Of a DNA stretch of 64,000 nucleotides, positions 54,083-62,857 are shown piece by piece (the stretch's first letter is position 1; every line of letters begins with the position of its first letter). A program made the translations under genes and the position numbers. Source of the DNA: an uncultured Chloroflexia bacterium (GTDB lineage: Bacteria > Chloroflexota > Chloroflexia > Thermomicrobiales > UBA6265); contig CAVRUC010000013.1 in assembly GCA_963724295.1 (NCBI GenBank), positions 192,001-256,000 of the forward strand, given 5' to 3'. The notes under the pieces are model-generated. The model made no database searches. It had not been told where the DNA came from and was given only the letters and a program-made list of their open reading frames with translations.

Positions 54083-54217
54083 GAGACGGCTAGACGGCTA
54101 GACGGCAAGGAAAGGTGTAAGTCGAAAGCCAGTAGCGCTACCCAATGTGCGTCAGGAGTGAGCGACGCCCGTGATAGCTCTACTGGCCGACTTGCCGTCT
54201 TGCTGTCTTGCCGTCTC
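54083..54217. repeat. Octamer-repeat palindromic element, family B, copy 2
   Basis: 27-bp arms GAGACGGCTAGACGGCTAGACGGCAAG (54083-54109) and CTTGCCGTCTTGCTGTCTTGCCGTCTC (54191-54217). Confidence 0.85.
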
Positions 54218-54235
54218 ACGTAAAGGCGGTGCGCT

Positions 54236-55261
54236 ATCGAGGACCAGGAGCAGGCTCTCGCCGGCGCTCCGAACGCAGCGACCGAGATCCGGTTCGACCA
54301 CGTCACCAAGCGGTTTGACAACGGGGACGAGGCGCGTCCCGCCATTGTCGACGTCTCGCTGACGATCGAGCCGGGTGAGCTCGTCGTCCTCATCGGCCCC
54401 TCCGGTTGCGGCAAAACGACGCTCCTCAAACTGATCAACCGCCTCTACGACCCGAGCAGCGGCGTCGTCTACATCGACGGGACCCCCTCCCAACAGCTCG
54501 AAGGGCCAGACCTGCGCCGTCACATGGGCTACGTCATCCAGCAGGGCGGTCTGTTTCCGCACTACACGGTTGCGGAGAACGTGGCCGTCGTCCCGGGTCT
54601 GCTGGGATGGGATAGAGCGCGCACCGCCGCTCGGGTGGACGAGCTGTTGCTGCTCGTCGGTCTGCCGCCGGCGGAGTACCGATCGCGGTATCCCTCGCAA
54701 CTCTCTGGAGGGCAGCAGCAGCGGGTCGGCATCGCGCGCGCCATCGCCGCGGGCCCAGGCACCCTGCTCATGGACGAGCCCTTCGGTGCGCTCGATGCCA
54801 TTACGCGCGGGCGCCTGCAGGTGGAGCTGCGGGAGCTCCATGAGCGCCTCGGGCAAACCATCGTCTTCGTCACACACGACATCGACGAGGCGGTATTGCT
54901 TGCCGATCGCGTCGCCGTGATGCGGGAAGGCAACGTCGTGCAATTCGATACGCCGGAGAGCGTGATCATGCGACCAGCCGATGGCTTCGTTGCCGAGCTG
55001 GTCGGTGCGGACGATCTCCTGCGCCGGCTGAGTCTCGTCAGCGCCGCCACGGCCATGGTTGCGCTCGAACCGGGGGACGCCGTCAGCCGTGAAGAACCCG
55101 CGATCGACCTCCCGATGCGGGTGCGTCCCGTGCTCAGCATCCTCCTCGAAACAGGCGCGTCGCGGGTGATCGTCCGCGACGCGGGAGAGCCGGTCGGCTA
55201 CCTCGATCTGCCGGCGATTCAAGCGGTGAGCATTCCCCACGTTGCCGGGAACCGGTTGTGA
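54236..55261 (+). CDS. Osmoprotectant ABC ATPase (OpuBA/OsmV-like); start codon non-standard or damaged
   Basis: Frame is open from TAA at 54221 and contains Walker A GPSGCGKTT upstream of the ORF-track Met; 'GYVIQQ', 'LSGGQQQR', 'MDEPF'. Confidence 0.9.
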   Translation: MEDQEQALAGAPNAATEIRFDHVTKRFDNGDEARPAIVDVSLTIEPGELVVLIGPSGCGKTTLLKLINRLYDPSSGVVYIDGTPSQQLEGPDLRRHMGYVIQQGGLFPHYTVAENVAVVPGLLGWDRARTAARVDELLLLVGLPPAEYRSRYPSQLSGGQQQRVGIARAIAAGPGTLLMDEPFGALDAITRGRLQVELRELHERLGQTIVFVTHDIDEAVLLADRVAVMREGNVVQFDTPESVIMRPADGFVAELVGADDLLRRLSLVSAATAMVALEPGDAVSREEPAIDLPMRVRPVLSILLETGASRVIVRDAGEPVGYLDLPAIQAVSIPHVAGNRL

Positions 55262-55893
55262 CGCTCGATTACCTCATCAATCGGCGGGATCGCGTCTGGG
55301 AGTTGACGCTACAGCACCTCAGCCTATCGGCAACCGCCATTCTGGTCGCGCTCCTCTTCGCCATCCCACTCGGCGTTCTTGCCGCCCGCAATGCGAGGAT
55401 CTCGACGCCGATGCTCGGCATCCTGGGCGCGATCTACACCATCCCCAGCCTCGCGTTCCTGGCCCTGCTGATCCCGAGTCTCGGCATTGGTCGCCGCCCC
55501 GCGATCGTCGTCCTGGCGGCCTACGCCCAGATCTTCCTGGTGCGGAACATCGCCACCGGACTGCGTGGGGTCGATCCGGCCACACTGGAGGCGGCTCTGG
55601 GACTCGGCATGACCCGCTGGCAGCAGTTCGCCCGGGTACGCTGGCCGCTGGCGTTGCCGGTGATCATTGCCGGCCTGCGCACGGCGTCGGTGACGACGAT
55701 CAGTCTGGCCACAGTCGCTGCCTGGATCGGGGCCGGCGGTCTGGGCACACTCCTCTTCGAGGGCATCACCCGCGACGACCCCAACCGTATCCTGGCCGGC
55801 GCCATCGCCATCACCGCGCTGGCGTTAGTGACCGACGCCATTCTTCGTTTCGCTGTGTCGATGACGGCCATCTCTCGGGCACGCCGCGCTTGA
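55258..55893 (+). CDS. Osmoprotectant ABC permease
   Basis: 'YTIPSLA', 'EAALGLGMT', 'IGAGGLG'. Confidence 0.92.
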   Translation: MTLDYLINRRDRVWELTLQHLSLSATAILVALLFAIPLGVLAARNARISTPMLGILGAIYTIPSLAFLALLIPSLGIGRRPAIVVLAAYAQIFLVRNIATGLRGVDPATLEAALGLGMTRWQQFARVRWPLALPVIIAGLRTASVTTISLATVAAWIGAGGLGTLLFEGITRDDPNRILAGAIAITALALVTDAILRFAVSMTAISRARRA

Positions 55894-56244
55894 ATACGAT
55901 CATGGCGTGAGAAGGTGATAGGTGATAGTGGGCGACGGTTCGTGCCGTCGTGTCCAATTGAGCCCTTGGGGGATTCCGAGTGAAGGGTACCGCAGATCCT
56001 GAACATCTGCTCATCATTCTCCGTGCTCCCACCTCGACAGGAGGGGTGCCATTGGGTCGCAATATGGGGTCAGGAAGACTAAATGCCCCACTCCCGGCTC
56101 GACGGACCGGATGTACTTCGGGTGATGATCGGATTGGGGAATCTACCTGCGCAACGCGAAAGCTTCATCCCCTTCCGTACAACTCGTCCCACAGCCGACA
56201 GGGGCAGTCTCCATGCCGCCTGCCTCTGTCATCCCATCAACCAG

Positions 56245-58140
56245 CTAATCTCCATCCAGCTCGCTGGGCGGCGACGCATTCTCGGTCGTATCCGCCCGTG
56301 GGCCATCGCCGTTCTTGCCATCGATCGATGGCGTTCCGACCGCCTGCTGAAGCGTCGCGCTGGCCTTACCGAGGATCTCTTTGACGCCGTCCGGCATGTT
56401 GTTCACGAGACCGTCTGCTAGATAGCCAAACTGCTGGCCGCGGAAAAAGCTTTCGGACATCTTCCGCACCGTTTCCGGGTCGCCCCAGACGGTCATCTTG
56501 GCGCTCGCCATTGCCGCGCCAAACGCCTGAGCCGCCGCAATGTGGATCTGCTTCTCAGCCTCAATGCGGGCCAGATCGACCTGCATCCCCCGGGCGATTG
56601 ACTCGAACTGCGCCTTGTTCTCCAGATCCTGGCGCTGCACGCCGACCCGCGCTTGCTCAACTTCGACCCGCTTCCGCTCGACATCGACCGGAACCATCTG
56701 CGCTGCCCGCTCGCCTTCGGCCTGGAGCGCCATCGCCTCTTTCTGCGCTTGTGCCAAGGTCAACCTCGCCGCCGCATCCTTGGCCGCGGCCGACTCAGCA
56801 CCTTCCGCTGCCTTGACCACGGCGTATGCCGCCACATCGGCCTGGACCTGCTCGCCGAGCCGCCGCCGTTCGAACTCCGCCTGTGCGTCGATGATCGCCT
56901 TCGCCTTATCTCGTTCCGCGGTCTGGGTGATCTCCACCGTGCGGACCGCCTGCCGCTCCGCCTCCAACTGCGCTTCGGCGGCAAAACGCATCGCCTCGGT
57001 CTCCGCCCGCTCGCGCTCTTTCGTTGCGATGGCGATCTCGTTCTCGCGCGTGGCCAGCTCGACCGTGCGGACTTTATCGATCTCGGCGACGCGAGCGGCG
57101 CGCTCACGCTGCTGGTTAGCGACCTCGAGCGTCTGAGTTTTCTCCACCTCGGCCACCTGCACCGACTCGTCGCGCTTGACTATGGCGACGCCAGCGAGAC
57201 GCGCCTGCTCCGCTGCGAAGGTGTCGGCCTCCTGCTGCGCCTGAGCACGGGTGATCTGGATATCACGGTCTTTTTGCGCCGCCGCGTTGGCGCGGGCCAC
57301 CTCCTGCGCGAAGACAAACTGGTCACGGGTGACATCCTGTTCGGTCACTCGCTGGTCGGCCTCGCGCTCGATCTGGTTGCGCTCAACACGTTGCCGCTGG
57401 GTGATCTCGGCGATGGTGCGCAGCCCCTGGGCATCGAAGACGTTGTCCTCACCGCGCATCGCCGTCGGCGGGGTCTGATCGAGGCGAGAGATGGTCACCG
57501 ATTCTAAGGTGAGCCCGTTGTGACGCAGATCCTTTTCGACGATGCTTTGCACTGCCGTAGCAAATTCGTCACGTTTTGTGTGCAGCTCATGCAACGTGCG
57601 CGTCGCCGCAACCGTGCGCAGCGCCGAGACGAGCTTCTGGTTAACCAGTTCCTTGACGCTCTCAGCGTTGACCGACCGCTCGCCGAGTGATGTCGCGGCG
57701 GCCAGGATGTCTTCCTTGATCTTCTGCACCTTAATGTAGAACTCGGCGGCGACATCTGCCCGCAGGTTGTCACCAGTGATCAATGCATCGTGCGCGGAAC
57801 GGTCCACATCGAGGCGCATCGTCTGCAACGAGACCGGGACGAGCTGGTGAACTACCGGGATGACCAGAGCGCCACCGTCGATGATTGGGTCCTGGCCACC
57901 CATCCCGGTGCGCACGAAGGCCTGGTCAGCCGAGGTTTTCACGTAGAGCCGCGTCACGGTGACGATAGCGGCGCCGACGAGCAGGAGGATCACGCCAAAC
58001 GCGACGAGGATCGTTTGCGTCGGGCCGCTAAGCGCGATGATCCCCAGGCCCGGGAGAAGCAGCGGTAGGAGAATGAAAACCAGCGCGATGAGAATCGCCG
58101 TAATGCCGAGCCCGGCCGCGCTGCCACGCTGTTGTGCCAT
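56245..58140 (-). CDS. yqiK: Flotillin/SPFH protein (YqiK-like)
   Basis: N-terminal TM, 'AFVRTGMGG', 'KLVSALRTVAA', 'NGLTLESVTIS.LDQT', long coiled coil. Confidence 0.88.
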   Translation of the reverse strand: MAQQRGSAAGLGITAILIALVFILLPLLLPGLGIIALSGPTQTILVAFGVILLLVGAAIVTVTRLYVKTSADQAFVRTGMGGQDPIIDGGALVIPVVHQLVPVSLQTMRLDVDRSAHDALITGDNLRADVAAEFYIKVQKIKEDILAAATSLGERSVNAESVKELVNQKLVSALRTVAATRTLHELHTKRDEFATAVQSIVEKDLRHNGLTLESVTISRLDQTPPTAMRGEDNVFDAQGLRTIAEITQRQRVERNQIEREADQRVTEQDVTRDQFVFAQEVARANAAAQKDRDIQITRAQAQQEADTFAAEQARLAGVAIVKRDESVQVAEVEKTQTLEVANQQRERAARVAEIDKVRTVELATRENEIAIATKERERAETEAMRFAAEAQLEAERQAVRTVEITQTAERDKAKAIIDAQAEFERRRLGEQVQADVAAYAVVKAAEGAESAAAKDAAARLTLAQAQKEAMALQAEGERAAQMVPVDVERKRVEVEQARVGVQRQDLENKAQFESIARGMQVDLARIEAEKQIHIAAAQAFGAAMASAKMTVWGDPETVRKMSESFFRGQQFGYLADGLVNNMPDGVKEILGKASATLQQAVGTPSIDGKNGDGPRADTTENASPPSELDGD

Positions 58141-58154
58141 GACGAACCTCCTCG

Positions 58155-58895
58155 TTATCGGATGGGAAATTTGACCCGCTGGGGACCGATCACCTCGATC
58201 CCATTGATCGCATCGTCCTGAACCGCGAAGTAGGTCCCTGCACGTTCGTCGAACTGCCAGAGCACCACGCGCTCTCCTGCCGGAATTACCGATTCCCCGT
58301 GCATCACTCTGGCCGGCACCTCATGCATCGAGCCATATTCGTCATAGAGCTGGACAGTGCCGCTGGTCTCAGTCAGCGCGTAGCGCACGTCGGCGATGCG
58401 ACCCACGAGCTCTCGCGTCGACGCGCCATAGCTCTCGGTGGCAGGCATCAGCCGCCCCAGCCGCGCGGCGAAGAAGCGCGTCAACGTGCTGGCTCCCACC
58501 AGCGCGACGGCGAGCGATGGCCAGATGAAGAGCGCGGGCTCGGCGATGACACTCCCGAAGACTTGATTCGCCAGCCAGCCAAAGAACCCCCAGAGAAAGA
58601 GAAAGCTCATCAGCACCAACGACAGGGGAATGCGCCCGACACCGATCAGGCTCAACGCGCTGTGGAAGGGATCGCTGACGGAAGGCAAATGGTTTGGGAG
58701 ATCACCGGGATGAATCTCGATGTGGGCGCCATGACCTTCGATGTGTAGACCCGGATCGACGTCGAGGTTTACGTCCGCATCATGCCCCTCCGCCGGCAGC
58801 GCGCCCAGGGAAAGCAGCAGCAGGTAGAGCAACGCGGCCATCGCGGGCAGGAGAAAGATAAGATTCCACCACTGCAGGAGTTCCATGCTCCCCAT
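58155..58895 (-). CDS. yqiJ: YqiJ/NfeD-like membrane protein with OB-fold
   Basis: TM helices, 'LIGVGRIPLS', C-terminal OB-like domain; directly upstream of the flotillin gene. Confidence 0.75.
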   Translation of the reverse strand: MGSMELLQWWNLIFLLPAMAALLYLLLLSLGALPAEGHDADVNLDVDPGLHIEGHGAHIEIHPGDLPNHLPSVSDPFHSALSLIGVGRIPLSLVLMSFLFLWGFFGWLANQVFGSVIAEPALFIWPSLAVALVGASTLTRFFAARLGRLMPATESYGASTRELVGRIADVRYALTETSGTVQLYDEYGSMHEVPARVMHGESVIPAGERVVLWQFDERAGTYFAVQDDAINGIEVIGPQRVKFPIR

Positions 58896-58938
58896 CCCTC
58901 ACCATCCGTGTGGCTACACAGGGACTGTCACTCCAGAA

Positions 58939-58964
58939 AACGATGAACCTAGCCTGCGTGTTCC
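58939..58964 (-). promoter_or_regulatory. Putative ECF-sigma promoter of the flotillin operon
   Basis: Minus strand GGAAC-17 nt-CGTT. Confidence 0.55.
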
Positions 58965-59057
58965 TGGACGACGCGGGGCGAAGTCCCAGTGTGCTTACAG
59001 ATCGAAAAATCGTCTACTGGTCATAACAGTTTATCGTGCCCGGTGCCGCGCATGCCA

Positions 59058-59087
59058 TTGACGATGCTACAAGTGCCCCTGTACCCT
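59058..59087 (+). promoter_or_regulatory. Putative sigma70 promoter with no downstream + strand gene
   Basis: TTGACG-18 nt-TACCCT; the -10 is flanked by a GTGCCC/GGGCAC inverted repeat. Confidence 0.5.
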
Positions 59088-59093
59088 CGGGCA

Positions 59094-59620
59094 CATTGGA
59101 TCTAGAGAAGGCCACGTTCATATCGCTCTGTCATTGCCAGCCTCGGCGTCACCGCCTCGGCGCATAGCTTATGGCATGTTTCAAAACCTTCTTGGCGTTC
59201 TGCGGCGGACGTTGAGCCGGCTGCTAAGGTGTGTCCGCGAACGTCTGGGCAAGCCAGACACCGCCGTCCTGCCGAGCCACTGTGCCCAGGTTACGGTTCG
59301 CCAGTCCAGCGTCACACCTTCCGTGGCTGGTGCCGCGACCTACCGCATAGACTTTTCCGTCTCGTGGCCATTCTCGCCGCGGCCCACCCCGCAGTGCACC
59401 CGTACTCAGTACGGGGTTTGGTACGGGGCTTTTCAACACGCTTTTAGCCATGATGCACTCGATCAGCACGAGCGTATCCGTTCAATGCACAGATTCCTAC
59501 TGGCGTTACTGAGTGTGCTCGCGTGATGCCGTCATCGCCGGCAGGTTTCGTCTATGGGTTTGTGGGAAACGTCTGCTCCAAGCTCTGGAGAACACATCAG
59601 ACGACGGGGGAACGACGAAC
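59094..59620 (+). ncRNA. Candidate long structured ncRNA
   Basis: Long-range helix 59105-59116/59363-59375 plus nested and downstream helices, starting just after the putative promoter. Confidence 0.4.
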
Positions 59621-59653
59621 TCTCCGTTATCTCCCTGTACCCAATCACCCTCG

Positions 59654-61108
59654 TCACGTTCCCAACCGCCGCACGTGCAGCATATTCGTGCGGCCCGAGA
59701 CGTGGGTCATTGGCAATGATCCGGCAATGAGGGCGAACTCGCCTTCGGTCGCCAGCCCCTCCTCGATAATCTTCTTGCCCGCCACCCGGAAGAGATGGTC
59801 CGGGTTTTCCTCGACGGGGACCGCCGTGCCTCGCGTCCCCCACAGCAGGTTGAGCCGCCGGGCGATCTCGATATCCGCCGCCGCACCAATGAGCGCCGGC
59901 TTCGGCCGATACTTCGCCACCCGCCGCACCGAGGCGCCGGTCAGGGTGAAGACGACGATGTGCTCGACCGGCGCTTCATCCGCCAGCTCCCGGGCCGCGC
60001 GGGCGATAGCGTCGGCGATAACTAGCGTCGCATCGGATTGATCGGGTAGCGGCTGCAACGAGGCGCTGGTGCGGATCGGGCCGTCTCGCTCGGCCTCGCG
60101 AATGATGCGACCCATCGTGCGTACCGCTTCCACCGGGTACTGCCCGATCGCCGTTTCCGCCGAGAGCATCACCGCGTCCGTGCCGTCCCAGACGGCGTTG
60201 GCCACGTCGCTGGTTTCAGCGCGAGTCGCCACCGGCTGCGTGATCATCGACTCCAGCATCTGCGTGGCCGTGATCACCGGGATGGCAAAACTGTTGGCCA
60301 CCTTGATGATGTCCTTTTGGGCTCGGGGCACGCGCTCCGGCGGCATCTGCACACCGAGATCGCCACGCGCCACCATCAGCCCGTCGGCGCCCGCGGCGAT
60401 GCCGCGGACGTTGTCCAGCGCGTCAGGCCGCTCGATCTTGGCAATCAACGCCGGCGGCCGGGGGCTGTACCAACCGGCGACTTCGCGAGCAAAGCGGAGG
60501 TCGGCCGCGTCGGTGACGAACGAAAGGCCGATGAAATCGACCCCTTGCTCGACGCCCCAGCGCAAATCCTCGCGATCGACCTCCGTCAGCGAGCCACCCT
60601 TGATCATCGCCCCGGGAAGCGTGACCCCCTGGCGGCCGGGAATATGACCACCGCGGCCAACCTGGCAGGTGGCAACGTGATCCTCGATCTTCTCGACCAG
60701 CAGCTCGATGAGGCCGTCCGAGATCAGGACCCGGCTGCCTGGTTGAATGACGTCGAAAAGCTGGGCGTAGTCGATGCCAATTCGCTCCGGGGTGGTCGGC
60801 ACCGGGGTGTTGACGATCTCGACCGTGCCGCCTCGCGCGAACCCGACCTTCTCGTCACCCAGCACCGGGCCGGTACGGATCTTGAGACCGCGCAGATCGA
60901 ACAGGATCGGCACGAGCCGGCCAGCCTCTTCCGAGACGTTGCGCACGTCTTCCACCAGACGTGCACGATCCTCTGGCGAACCATGGGCGGCGTTGATGCG
61001 CACGACGTCGAGCCCGGCATCAAAAAGCTCGCGCAGCGTCTCGGGACTTCGCGATGCTGGTCCCAGCGTCGCGACGATCTTGACCCGTCGCTCGTCATAG
61101 ACGCCCAA
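59654..61108 (-). CDS. pyk: Pyruvate kinase
   Basis: 'KIVATLGPAS', 'RINAAHG', 'IAKIE', 'MVARGDLG', 'ATQMLESM', 'DAVMLSAETA'. Confidence 0.97.
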   Translation of the reverse strand: MGVYDERRVKIVATLGPASRSPETLRELFDAGLDVVRINAAHGSPEDRARLVEDVRNVSEEAGRLVPILFDLRGLKIRTGPVLGDEKVGFARGGTVEIVNTPVPTTPERIGIDYAQLFDVIQPGSRVLISDGLIELLVEKIEDHVATCQVGRGGHIPGRQGVTLPGAMIKGGSLTEVDREDLRWGVEQGVDFIGLSFVTDAADLRFAREVAGWYSPRPPALIAKIERPDALDNVRGIAAGADGLMVARGDLGVQMPPERVPRAQKDIIKVANSFAIPVITATQMLESMITQPVATRAETSDVANAVWDGTDAVMLSAETAIGQYPVEAVRTMGRIIREAERDGPIRTSASLQPLPDQSDATLVIADAIARAARELADEAPVEHIVVFTLTGASVRRVAKYRPKPALIGAAADIEIARRLNLLWGTRGTAVPVEENPDHLFRVAGKKIIEEGLATEGEFALIAGSLPMTHVSGRTNMLHVRRLGT

Positions 61109-61166
61109 GGTTCTCCACCTCCCCGACCGGCCACGGCATTGATCGCCACGATGGTAGCAGGGGGAA

Positions 61167-61292
61167 ACGAGGGTGATGGGTGATTACTCGCTCCGCTCGT
61201 GGTGATAGGGTGGCTGGGGCTTCGTTCTCCCTGACACCCTGACACCCTGTTACCCCGCCACCCATCACCTATCACCCATCACCCATCACCCT
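61167..61292. repeat. Octamer-repeat palindromic element, family A, copy 3 (inverted relative to copy 1)
   Basis: ACGAGGGTGATGGGTGATTACTCGCTCCGCTCGTGGTGATAGGGTG...TTCGTTCTCCCT...ATCACCCATCACCCT closely matches the reverse complement of 9341-9454. Confidence 0.85.
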
Positions 61293-61305
61293 GCTAGCTG
61301 GCGCG

Positions 61306-61764
61306 TCATTCCAACTCGACAGCGAGAAGGCGAGCGCCGGGCCCTTGCTTGCCAAGCATGTCATCGGGATTGAACAGCACACAGCGATCGAGCGAGAGAC
61401 AACCGCAGCCGATGCACCCGGATAGATCGTCACGCAAGCGGACGAGCTGCTCGATACGCCGGTCCAGATCGGTGCGCCAGAGTGCTGAAAGGCGCGCCCA
61501 ATCCTCGCGGCTGGGGGTTCTCCCCTCGGGCAACGTGTCGAGAGCGGCGCCGATCTCGGCAAGCGGAATACCGACCCGTTGCGAAACCCGGATGAACGCC
61601 ACCCGGCGCAACATCTCTCGTGCATAGCGACGTTGGTTACCCGGCGTGCGGCGGCTGCGAATGAGCCCTTGCCGTTCGTAAAAATGCAGTGCTGAGACGG
61701 CAACGCCGCTACGCTGCGCGAGTTGCGCCGGGGTTAACTCGCCACCGCTCCCGGTATGCCCCAT
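61306..61764 (-). CDS. soxR: SoxR redox-sensitive transcriptional activator
   Basis: '[13 protein letters not shown]', 'GNQRRY', [2Fe-2S] motif [12 protein letters not shown]. Confidence 0.97.
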   Translation of the reverse strand: MGHTGSGGELTPAQLAQRSGVAVSALHFYERQGLIRSRRTPGNQRRYAREMLRRVAFIRVSQRVGIPLAEIGAALDTLPEGRTPSREDWARLSALWRTDLDRRIEQLVRLRDDLSGCIGCGCLSLDRCVLFNPDDMLGKQGPGARLLAVELE

Positions 61765-61782
61765 TGCCAAAACAACCTCCAC

Positions 61783-61813
61783 TTGACCTCAACATTAGTT
61801 GAGGTTGTAAAGT
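61783..61813 (+). promoter_or_regulatory. SoxR box in a MerR-type promoter
   Basis: TTGACC-19 nt-TAAAGT with palindrome ACCTCAAC-atta-GTTGAGGT (61786-61805). Confidence 0.93.
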
Positions 61814-61951
61814 GGGTTCAAGGCGCTGGTCAAGCCGGCAGCCACTCTCAGGCTGCTCCGTCCGCGAAGATCCGTATTGTCAGACAAATGAGCGCAACGG
61901 CTCGAGAACAAGAGCAATGGAATAGCCCAAGTGGTCAATAGAGGAGACGCG

Positions 61952-62458
61952 ATGTCGCAAGAACACGCACCACCAGAACGAGCCGGAGCGGCCGACGCAT
62001 TCCGCGCCAATGAGCAGACCTGGAACGCCGACGTGATTGCCGAGTTCCGCGCCAACCATGGAGAGGTCGCTGCGCCATACGACGATCCACCGCCGATGCT
62101 GTTGATTCATACCGTCGGGGCAAAGAGTGGTCGTGAGCACATCGTGCCGATGAGGGGCATCCCTGAGGGTGACTCGCTCTACATTTTCGGCTCGGCCCAT
62201 GGCAACGACCGCAATCCGGACTGGTACTACAACCTCGTTGCCAACCCGGACATCCTGATCGAAAAAGGCGACGAAACCATTTCGGTCCGCGCCACCGAGG
62301 TGCATGGCGCGCATCGTGATCTCATCTTCAGCCGGCAGAAGGCGCGATTCCCGATATTCGCTGAGTACGAGCGCACGCTGGCTCGCACCATCCCGGTTAT
62401 CCGGCTCGACCCGCGCCAAGCACGGCACGGTGAAGAAGAAAGGAAGGAAGCAGGATGA
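61952..62458 (+). CDS. Deazaflavin (F420)-dependent nitroreductase/quinone reductase family (Ddn-like)
   Basis: 'WNADVIAEFRANHG', 'LLIHTVGAKSG', 'NPDWYYNLVANP', 'FAEYE...RTIPV'. Confidence 0.88.
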   Translation: MSQEHAPPERAGAADAFRANEQTWNADVIAEFRANHGEVAAPYDDPPPMLLIHTVGAKSGREHIVPMRGIPEGDSLYIFGSAHGNDRNPDWYYNLVANPDILIEKGDETISVRATEVHGAHRDLIFSRQKARFPIFAEYERTLARTIPVIRLDPRQARHGEEERKEAG

Positions 62459-62838
62459 ACGCTCAGCTCCTGGCATCGGTCGAGCGGGAGGTGCTCGCCT
62501 GGCCCGGCGTCAGCAAGCAGGAGTTCGCTGGTGGACGCGGTCAGGGTGGGTTCTTGGTTCCTCCCGCCACCCTGTTCCGGTTCGGTCGACGGGAGATCGG
62601 CCACCTCCATCATACGGGCGAGGCCGATCTCCCGTTCCCCCGCAAGACTTACGATGAACTGATCGCCACCGGTCGCGCGAAGCCGCACGCGGCCGGGTTC
62701 ATCGGAGTCGTCACCTACGTCGTTCGCGAGCCCAACGATGTGCCAGGGGTTATCGAGCTGTTCCGGATGAACTACGAGCGAGCGAAAGCCGTCGCACGAT
62801 CGAGACCAACACCGTCCGTCTCCTCGGCATCTGACTGA
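62455..62838 (+). CDS. DUF5519/luciferase-domain-like small protein
   Basis: 'VLAWPGV', 'REIGHLH', 'DLPFP', 'A.PH', 'IELFRMNY'; ATGA overlap with the upstream gene. Confidence 0.7.
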   Translation: MNAQLLASVEREVLAWPGVSKQEFAGGRGQGGFLVPPATLFRFGRREIGHLHHTGEADLPFPRKTYDELIATGRAKPHAAGFIGVVTYVVREPNDVPGVIELFRMNYERAKAVARSRPTPSVSSASD

Positions 62839-62857
62839 TTGAACACAGGAGGTCGTC

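Noticed and set aside
59134..59526. 130-aa + strand ORF in the pyk-yqiJ gap
   Set aside because: No SD, no recognisable domain and atypical codon usage; not excluded, but a structured-RNA reading fits better.
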